Shown: positions 57,316 through 64,000 of the stretch, in pieces
Layout: each line of letters begins with the position of its first letter
Numbering within the stretch: position 1 is the stretch's first letter
From: Candidatus Multivoradales bacterium
GTDB lineage: Bacteria; Acidobacteriota; Thermoanaerobaculia; Multivoradales; J023
Assembly: GCA_965248925.1 (NCBI GenBank)
Contig: CBDFLE010000006.1
Span: 3,072,001-3,136,000 of the forward strand
Reading direction: 5' to 3'
DNA length: 64,000 bases
Position numbers and translations under genes: made by a program
Notes under the pieces: generated by a model
What the model was told of the DNA's origin: nothing
What the model saw: only the letters and a program-made list of their open reading frames with translations
Databases searched by the model: none

Positions 57316-59010
57316 ATGACCACATCCACTGACAAAATGCGTGTCAAAGAGCGCCTTAGATTGTGCGTCACGCCGGCCCAGGGCGATGTGTTCGACCATC
57401 CGTTGGACGATGTTCCCTTGTTGCTAGGGCGGGCCTCGGGGGCGCGCTTGAATCTCGGTGATGATCGTCTGGCGGCTGAGCACAGCCGGATCTTCCGGCG
57501 TGATGGCGGGCTGTGGATCGAAGACTTGGGCTCGGCGCCGAGAACCCTGCTCAACGGCAATTCTCTACATGCCGCGCAGCCCTTACGCGAGGGCGATGTG
57601 GTGCAGCTCGGTGGCAGTCGGCTGACGGTCGAGAAGATGCTCTCACCGCTGCTTGGCGGGCCGGGCAGGGTCGGCCTCGACACGCCACTGTTTCGCAGCG
57701 CAACCCAGTTGCTCCGTGATCATAGCGACGGTGCCCACCCGGCCGACCCCACCGCCCTCGAGCGTCGCGCCGAGCGCTTGCAGGTGCTCAATGAGGTCCA
57801 CCGAGCCCTCGGTCAGCCGATGGAACATGGGCAGCTTCTGGAGCTGATTCTCGACAGTGTTTTCACCCATCTGGTGCCGGAGCAAGGGGCCATCTTTCTG
57901 CGCCAAGCCGATGGTGAGCATCAGGTGGCGGCGATGCGTTCGCCCGACAGTGACCAGGCGGAGGGGCAGGGCCTCTACTCGCGCAGCTTGCAGCGCGAAG
58001 TCAGTGAGAAAGGGATGGCCGCCTTAGTGCTCGATATCGAGCATGATGAGCGCTTTGCCCTATCGCAGAGTATTCAGTCGATCGGCATACGCTCATTGGT
58101 CGCGGCGCCGTTGCTCGGCCCCAAGGGCTCGTTGGGGATGATCGTGCTGAGTTCCAAGGCTGCCGAGCGCCAGTTCACCGAGGGTGACATGGAGCTGCTG
58201 GTGTCCTTGGCGGCGGTGGCGGCGCTGTCGATTCGCAATGTCGAGTTGGCCGAAGAGTTGGTCGAGAGGCGGCGCATCGACAAAGAGCTGACCCTGGCGC
58301 GGCGTATTCAGGTGGCGTTGCTCCCCAAGCTGCTGCCGCAGCCCGAGGGTTGGCAGTTGCACGCTGGCAACGTGCCTTCGCGGGCTGTGTCGGGGGACTA
58401 CTACTTGGCGGTCGAGCGCGACGCTGGCCGCCAATGCGTGTTGATGGTGGCGGATGTGTCGGGCAAGGGAATTGCCGCCGCTCTGCTGACCGCGTCGCTC
58501 GAAGCCCTGGCCGCCGGCCCAATCGAGGACGGCAAGTCGGCGGAAGAAATCTGCGTCCGTCTGGCCCGCCAGCTCTATGCTCGTACTCCGCCAGAACGCT
58601 ACGCCACCGCCTTTATAGCGGTGCTTGAGCCGAGCAGCGGAGTGTTGCGTTGGGCCAACGCTGGCCATGTGCCGCCCCTGCTGCTGCATCCCTCCGGCGA
58701 TTCCGAGCGCCTAATGCCCACCGGCCCGCCCCTGGGTTTGGTCGCGGGCGCCAAATACCGCTCAGGTGAGTCGCGGCTGGCGGCTGGAGACTTCTTGATG
58801 ATGTTCACCGATGGCATCACCGAGACCGCCGATGCTGAAGATCGTGACTACGGCAGCCGCCGCCTAGCCCGAGTCTGTTGGCGCTACCGCGACCGTTCCC
58901 TGAAAACTCTGGCGCACGAGGTCGAACGCGATCTGGCGCGCTTCGCCGCTGCCGCCGAAGACTCTGGTGGTGACGATCGCACCTTCGTCATGCTGCGCCG
59001 TAACTGCTGA
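57316..59010 (+). CDS. FHA-GAF-PP2C (SpoIIE-type) phosphatase
   Basis: FHA-like N-terminus, GAF domain, SGDYY, ADVSGKG, NAGH, FTDG, DDRT. Start is 57316 or 57337. Confidence 0.9.
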   Translation: MTTSTDKMRVKERLRLCVTPAQGDVFDHPLDDVPLLLGRASGARLNLGDDRLAAEHSRIFRRDGGLWIEDLGSAPRTLLNGNSLHAAQPLREGDVVQLGGSRLTVEKMLSPLLGGPGRVGLDTPLFRSATQLLRDHSDGAHPADPTALERRAERLQVLNEVHRALGQPMEHGQLLELILDSVFTHLVPEQGAIFLRQADGEHQVAAMRSPDSDQAEGQGLYSRSLQREVSEKGMAALVLDIEHDERFALSQSIQSIGIRSLVAAPLLGPKGSLGMIVLSSKAAERQFTEGDMELLVSLAAVAALSIRNVELAEELVERRRIDKELTLARRIQVALLPKLLPQPEGWQLHAGNVPSRAVSGDYYLAVERDAGRQCVLMVADVSGKGIAAALLTASLEALAAGPIEDGKSAEEICVRLARQLYARTPPERYATAFIAVLEPSSGVLRWANAGHVPPLLLHPSGDSERLMPTGPPLGLVAGAKYRSGESRLAAGDFLMMFTDGITETADAEDRDYGSRRLARVCWRYRDRSLKTLAHEVERDLARFAAAAEDSGGDDRTFVMLRRNC

Positions 59011-59023
59011 GCCTGCGCCCTTC

Positions 59024-61825
59024 ATGTCACATCGGACCGCCATCGAGGTGCGTGGGGCGCGGACTCACAATCTCAAGAATATTGACTGTGAGATTCCCCA
59101 CCGGCGGCTGACGGTGGTCACCGGCCCGTCGGGAGCCGGCAAGTCGTCCTTGGCCTTTGACACGATCTATGCCGAGGCCCAGCGACGATATGTCGAATCG
59201 GTGTCGACCTACGCTCGCCAATTCCTCGATCAGATGGAGAGGCCGCCGGTGGATTCGGTCGTCGGGATCATGCCGGCGGTGGCCCTCGAAGCCAAGAACT
59301 CGGTGCGCAACGCGCGCTCAACGGTGGGCACCCTGACCGAGGTCCACGACGTGCTGCGCTTGCTCTTCACTCACCTCGGCCGGGTGGAATGCCCGCGCGG
59401 TCACGGCGCGGTGGCCAGCCACACGTCGCAGCAGGTCGCCGAGGAACTCGCCGCCGGTGTGGTGGGTGATCGCTTCATGTTGCTCGCCGCCATTGAGCGA
59501 CCGGTGCCGAAGGCCGATCTCAAATTGCGCGAATTGGTTCGCCAGGGTTTTTTTCGTCGTTTGGGTGACGCCGGCCAGATCGTGCGGATGAAGCCCAGCG
59601 AGCGGTGGAAGAAGGCTCTCGATCCGCTGTTGCTGGTGCTGGGGCGGTTCCGTGCCGACGGCCAGAGCGGAGCTCGCTTGGCGGCGGCGGTGGAGGAGAT
59701 CTACCGCCTGACCGGTGGCAAGCTGCGGGCGTTGGGCGAGGATGGCGAGCTGCGTTACTTCGGTCGCCGGCTGAGCTGTGGCAAGTGTGGCGAGAGCCTG
59801 GAGCGACCCACCCCGGCGCTGTTCTCCTTCAACTCCCCCCTCGGCGCCTGTGCCGAGTGCCAGGGCTTTGGTCGGGTGATGGGGATCGATCCCGAACGGG
59901 TGATTCCCGATCCCTCTCGCACCTTGGCGGAGCGGCCGATAGCGCCCTGGGATTCGCCGTCTTTCGAAGATCGCTACGAGCGTCTCTACACGGCTTGTAG
60001 CGAGCGCGGTGTGCCTTTGGATGTGCCCTACTCGCAACTCAGCGAGGCGACCCGGCGCTGGATCTGGAGCGGCAGCGGACCGTTTACCAATCTGGACAAG
60101 TTCTTCGCCTGGCTTGAGCGTCGGATTTACAAGATGCATGTGCGGGTCATGCTGTCGCGCTATCGTGCCTACGACACCTGTCCCAGCTGCGCCGGCCGGC
60201 GTTTGCAGCCGGCGGCGTTGGCGGTGCGGTGGATGGGTGCGACCTTGCCGTGGCTGACCGCCCTGAGTGTCAAGGATCTGGGTGGTTGGCTCGCCGAGCA
60301 GCGCTTCAGCCGGGCGCAGCCGGCGGCCGCCGGGCATCTGCTGGAGAGCCTCACCGAACGCCTCGAGACCCTGCGCCGGGTGGGTCTCGACTATCTCACC
60401 CTTGATCGCCAAGCTCGCACTCTCTCGGGTGGCGAGACCCAGCGAATCCAGTTAGCGGCGGCGTTGGGCTCGGGCCTGACCAGCACTCTCTACGTGCTCG
60501 ACGAGCCCACTATCGGCCTCCATCCCCGCGATTCGAGCCGCCTGCTAGAGCTGCTGCGCGATCTGTCGCGACGGGGCAATACGGTGCTGGTGGTAGAACA
60601 CGACCGCACCTTGATCACCGGTGCCGACCATGTCATCGATCTCGGCCCCAGAGCTGGTGAGCACGGTGGCCAGGTGGTTGCCGCCGGCACGGTGAAGGAG
60701 ATCCGCCAGGCCGACTCCTTGACTGGCGAGTGGTTGCGGCAGCGAGCGCCGGGACCGAAACGCAGTGCCAGCCAAATCGAGCGCGATGCGCGGTTGGCTG
60801 AGCTACCGCGGCTGGAGATTCGCGGTGCTTCGGCCAACAACCTGCGGAACATCGATGTCGAGCTGCCGCTGGGGGCCTTGGTGGTGGTCACCGGGGTCTC
60901 GGGATCGGGCAAGTCGACCCTGGTCGAGAACGTCTTGCACGGCACCTACCAGCGGTCTCGCGGGGTCGTCGATGTTGACCCCGGCGCCTGCCGCGAGTTG
61001 CTCGGACTCGATGAACTGGCCGATGTCACCCTGGTCGATCAGCGACCCTTGGGCCGCTCCAGCCGCTCCAACCCGGTGACCTACATCAAGGCCTACGACG
61101 TCATTCGCAAGCTCTACGCCGACACCGCGGTGGCGCGCCAGCGGGGCATCCAACCGGGGGATTTTTCCTTCAACCTCGATCGCGGGCGTTGCACCGAGTG
61201 TCAGGGCACTGGAGTCACCGAGGTCGACATGCAATTCATGGCGCCGGTGACGGTGGTTTGCGACAGCTGCCAGGGTCGCCGCTTCCAGGCCCACATTCTT
61301 ACGGTCACCTTCCAAGGCCGCAATATCCACGAGACCCTGGAGCTGACCGTCGAACGTGCGCTCGAGGAATTTGCCGGCGAGCGCCGCTTGTGCCGGCGCC
61401 TGGAATCGCTGCGTGCCGTTGGCCTGGGCTACCTACGCCTGGGTCAGCCGACCTCCACCCTGTCGGGAGGCGAAGCACAGCGACTCAAGTTGGCCAGTTT
61501 CTTAGACCGGCCGAAGAAAGGCAGCCGTAGATTGTTCTTATTTGACGAGCCCACTACCGGCCTGCACGTTTCCGACATCGAGCTGCTGACCTCGACCTTG
61601 CGCCAGCTGGTCGACCGGGGTGACGGGGTGGTGGTGGTCGAGCACTCCACCGACCTGATGGCCCGCGCCGACTGGATCGTCGACCTCGGCCCCGGCGGCG
61701 GCCCCGGCGGCGGCGAGCTGCTCTATTCCGGCCCGATCATCCCCTTCCTCGACCGCGTCGAGAGCCCCACCGCCGAAGAGCTAAGGCGGCATCTGCGCTG
61801 GCGGCGGAAGGATGCTGAGGGCTAG
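59024..61825 (+). CDS. uvrA: Excinuclease ABC subunit A (UvrA, probably a second paralog)
   Basis: [35 protein letters not shown] twice, zinc fingers. Confidence 0.92.
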   Translation: MSHRTAIEVRGARTHNLKNIDCEIPHRRLTVVTGPSGAGKSSLAFDTIYAEAQRRYVESVSTYARQFLDQMERPPVDSVVGIMPAVALEAKNSVRNARSTVGTLTEVHDVLRLLFTHLGRVECPRGHGAVASHTSQQVAEELAAGVVGDRFMLLAAIERPVPKADLKLRELVRQGFFRRLGDAGQIVRMKPSERWKKALDPLLLVLGRFRADGQSGARLAAAVEEIYRLTGGKLRALGEDGELRYFGRRLSCGKCGESLERPTPALFSFNSPLGACAECQGFGRVMGIDPERVIPDPSRTLAERPIAPWDSPSFEDRYERLYTACSERGVPLDVPYSQLSEATRRWIWSGSGPFTNLDKFFAWLERRIYKMHVRVMLSRYRAYDTCPSCAGRRLQPAALAVRWMGATLPWLTALSVKDLGGWLAEQRFSRAQPAAAGHLLESLTERLETLRRVGLDYLTLDRQARTLSGGETQRIQLAAALGSGLTSTLYVLDEPTIGLHPRDSSRLLELLRDLSRRGNTVLVVEHDRTLITGADHVIDLGPRAGEHGGQVVAAGTVKEIRQADSLTGEWLRQRAPGPKRSASQIERDARLAELPRLEIRGASANNLRNIDVELPLGALVVVTGVSGSGKSTLVENVLHGTYQRSRGVVDVDPGACRELLGLDELADVTLVDQRPLGRSSRSNPVTYIKAYDVIRKLYADTAVARQRGIQPGDFSFNLDRGRCTECQGTGVTEVDMQFMAPVTVVCDSCQGRRFQAHILTVTFQGRNIHETLELTVERALEEFAGERRLCRRLESLRAVGLGYLRLGQPTSTLSGGEAQRLKLASFLDRPKKGSRRLFLFDEPTTGLHVSDIELLTSTLRQLVDRGDGVVVVEHSTDLMARADWIVDLGPGGGPGGGELLYSGPIIPFLDRVESPTAEELRRHLRWRRKDAEG

Positions 61826-61893
61826 TTGATCTTGGTGGTGCCAAGTCAGAGTTCGGGCCTGTTGCATCTCACCCCGCTCCCTGGGATTAGTCG

Positions 61894-62316
61894 CTAGCTG
61901 TCCGCCGGATAGAGAATCAGCGGTCCATGGCGATGCTGGCCCACAGCGCGGAAGTCGCGCTGATCAAGGGTAAGAATCTTGCAGGTGTGAAGTCGTTCGG
62001 CGACCGTGATTACCGCTGCATCGACGAAGCCCAAGTCCAGGTCTAGGTAGCGTCTTACGAGTTCGGTACAGCGGTCGATATCGGCAGGGGTCAGGTGATC
62101 GAGCGCAAAGGCGCCTGTGGCGAGGCTATCCAGAAAATCTAGGGCCGCCGCTGTTCCGAGGTACTTGGTCAAGAAATAGTCAACTTCGGACACTACCGGC
62201 AATGGAACTACTATCGGGCCTCGATGCGCCTCGATGACGGTCTTGACCCCTTGGTGATGGCGGTCGCTTGCGTCATAGAGAGCGTAGAGACCGCCGGTGT
62301 CAGCGACCAGGGTCAT
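61894..62316 (-). CDS. vapC: VapC/PIN toxin
   Basis: VADTG.LYA, VSEVD, LG.VDA.V..VAE, ILTLD.RDF. Confidence 0.9.
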   Translation of the reverse strand: MTLVADTGGLYALYDASDRHHQGVKTVIEAHRGPIVVPLPVVSEVDYFLTKYLGTAAALDFLDSLATGAFALDHLTPADIDRCTELVRRYLDLDLGFVDAAVITVAERLHTCKILTLDQRDFRAVGQHRHGPLILYPADS

Positions 62317-62543
62317 GCACCGGGGCGCTGCCGTTCGGCCAGCAGCTCTTCCGTGCGTTCAGAGATATCCGGGCGACCACTCCGGTAGGCTCCAATGCCC
62401 TTGGCGGAGGGTCGAGTGTGGCGTTGGAGATAGGTACTCAAAGCCTCTCGGACCAGCACTGATTGCTTGCGTCCTTGCGAGCGCGCTAGTTCTCTTAGGG
62501 ACAACAGCATGACCTCGTCGAGGTAGAGCGTCGTTTTAGTCAT
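62313..62543 (-). CDS. CopG/RHH antitoxin
   Basis: MTKTTLYL......LRELA...GR.QS.LVREAL..YL; ATGA overlap with the toxin gene. Confidence 0.87.
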   Translation of the reverse strand: MTKTTLYLDEVMLLSLRELARSQGRKQSVLVREALSTYLQRHTRPSAKGIGAYRSGRPDISERTEELLAERQRPGA

Positions 62544-62549
62544 TTCGTG

Positions 62550-62578
62550 ACTTTGCCACATGTGGCAACTCACATCAA
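62550..62578 (-). promoter_or_regulatory. TA promoter with a perfect 16-bp operator palindrome
   Basis: TTGATG-N17-CAAAGT overlapping TTGCCACATGTGGCAA (62553-62568). Confidence 0.65.
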
Positions 62579-62742
62579 ATAGCCGGGTTACCCCCGCTCC
62601 CTGATACTCGTCACTTGTGATCAGTAGGATAGAGGAGCGGTGACCCGCGACGATACGGCTCACTGCGCGGAGATTGCTGGTCTTGCCGTACGAGCCCTTT
62701 CCTTCAGGAAAAGCGGTAAGAGTGGCATGGTAACCTCGTTGT

Positions 62743-63018
62743 ATGCGGTTCAACTAGGATGGGGAAAAGGCCGCACTAAACCTCGCCAAACACGGCGTGT
62801 CTTTCAACGAGGCGGCGTCGGTGTTTGGGGATTTGTTTAGCTGGACCTATTTCGATCCGGACCACTCAGCATCGGAACAGGGCTGGATCACCATAGGCTC
62901 ATCCGAGACGCAGCGGGTCCTGGTGGATTCACCCGCTGATCAAGGCGAATGGAAGGTTCGGATCTTCAGCGCGCGACGAGCGACGAGGAAGGAACGTCGA
63001 ATCTATGAAGAAGGCTAA
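62743..63018 (+). pseudogene. brnT: BrnT (DUF497) toxin with an in-frame TAG at codon 5
   Basis: ATG 62743 reads MRFN*DGEKAALNLAKHGVSF; TAG at 62755-62757 replaces the Trp of the F.WD..K motif; RIFSARRAT..ER is present. Confidence 0.85.
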
Positions 63019-63229
63019 TGAGCTAGACGAGTTGAGGTCGGAGTACGACTTTGCGTGGATGAGTGGCGGGGTGAAGGGTAAGTACGCTGAGGAATATCGG
63101 CGTGGTACCAACCTTGCGCGTCTGGATCCTGATGTCGCTAGAGCGTTCACCATGGACGAATCCGTGAACGAGGCCCTTAGGGCTCAACTTAGGATCGGCG
63201 GGAGAATAGTTCCCGAAAGCCTGTCCTAG
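63005..63229 (+). CDS. BrnA-like antitoxin
   Basis: DELRSEYDF....G..GKY, LDPDVA..F...ESVNEALR; overlaps the brnT end. Confidence 0.82.
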   Translation: MKKANELDELRSEYDFAWMSGGVKGKYAEEYRRGTNLARLDPDVARAFTMDESVNEALRAQLRIGGRIVPESLS

Positions 63230-63297
63230 GCAACCGCCAAGGGAGTGAGCCACGCCCAGATTCGCGGACTGCTGATCGGGCCGAGTCAGTGTCCGCC

Positions 63298-64000
63298 ATG
63301 AACCCTCCCATTCCAGAACGTCGCTGGCTGGCTGCCATCTTGCTGCTGGGGCTGCTGCTGCGCCTGGCCTATTTGCTGGAGGTGGCGCAGGCGCCGGACT
63401 TCGATCTGCCGCGGTTCGAGGCGCAGTACCACGACTATTGGGCGCGAGCTCTGGTCAGTGGCGATTGGTCGGTTCCGGAAGGGGTGACGGATCCGGAGAT
63501 TCGCCAGCGGCCCTACTTTCGACCGCCGGGCTATCCCTTCTTTTTGGCGGCGGTCTACCGGGTCTTTGGCGCTAGCTATTGGGCGCCGCGGTGGGTGCAG
63601 ATGGTCTTGGGGTTGGCCAGCTGTTGGCTGGTCTGGCTGCTGGCGCGGCGTCCTTTTGGTGCCGCAGCGGGGCTGGCGGCGGCGGCGATCTTGGCCAGCC
63701 ATTGGGTGTTGCTGTTCTTCGAAGCCGAGTTGATGGCACCGGTGCTGATCGTCTTTCTCCTACTGGCAATCCTGGCGCTGGCGTCGCGCTGGGTCACCCG
63801 GCTCACTCTGGGTGGGGCGACGGCTACCGGGGCGTTGGTGGGCTGTTTGGCTTTGGTGCGGCCCAATGCCTTGCTGTTGCCGGTGGTGTTGCTGGCTTGG
63901 ATGGTCTGGCTGGCGCGGCGCCGGCAGCAGTCATGGTGGCGCCCGGCGCTGGTGTTCTCTGTGGCCGTAGCCCTGCTCTTGCTGCCGGCGGCTTGGCGCA
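63298..64000 (+). CDS. GT-C (ArnT/PMT_2, GT39-like) membrane glycosyltransferase, runs off the window
   Basis: Translated by eye: LLLRLAYL, YHDYWAR, FRPPGYPFFLA, many TM helices, ALVRPN; no stop before 64000. Confidence 0.8.
   Translation, partial: MNPPIPERRWLAAILLLGLLLRLAYLLEVAQAPDFDLPRFEAQYHDYWARALVSGDWSVPEGVTDPEIRQRPYFRPPGYPFFLAAVYRVFGASYWAPRWVQMVLGLASCWLVWLLARRPFGAAAGLAAAAILASHWVLLFFEAELMAPVLIVFLLLAILALASRWVTRLTLGGATATGALVGCLALVRPNALLLPVVLLAWMVWLARRRQQSWWRPALVFSVAVALLLLPAAWR

Noticed and set aside
62584-62647. Long imperfect hairpin between two TA modules as a possible integron attC site
   Set aside because: No RYYYAAC/GTTRRRY ends and no integrase in the window; it remains an unexplained stem.

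Overview
GC-rich bacterial chromosome segment. It is most likely Acidobacteriota, class Thermoanaerobaculia; this is inferred from a lineage-typical TPR family, a C-terminal IFxxGFExG tag, an ECF/Ser-Thr kinase pair and the dcw gene order. Positions 1-9.6 kb hold the distal dcw cluster (mraY-murD-ftsW-murG-murC-ftsQ-ftsA-ftsZ). Housekeeping and envelope genes follow, including an ECF sigma/anti-sigma/PDZ locus whose promoter can be read in two copies. A form II cox-type molybdoenzyme operon (S-L-M-D-E-F-mocA) is interrupted by a toxin-antitoxin (TA) module. The rest includes a 6-heme cytochrome P460 fusion, a secreted nuclease, a YtrA/stomatin operon, an ECF/kinase pair, an ABC-F ATPase, PBP1b, an FHA-GAF-PP2C phosphatase and UvrA. 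Six type II TA modules are present; two toxins are knocked out by an N-terminal Trp-to-stop change and one module is a Panacea-type antitoxin with an unrecognised partner. The most striking candidate for a new system is an AT-rich islet at about 43.9-45.2 kb. It carries a consensus sigma70 promoter embedded in a perfect inverted repeat, driving a ribbon-helix-helix gene and a histone-fold protein with two C-terminal transmembrane helices, with an orphan NrdR-like box upstream. No rRNA, tRNA, CRISPR array, transposase or integrase was recognised. All calls were made by eye, without database searches.
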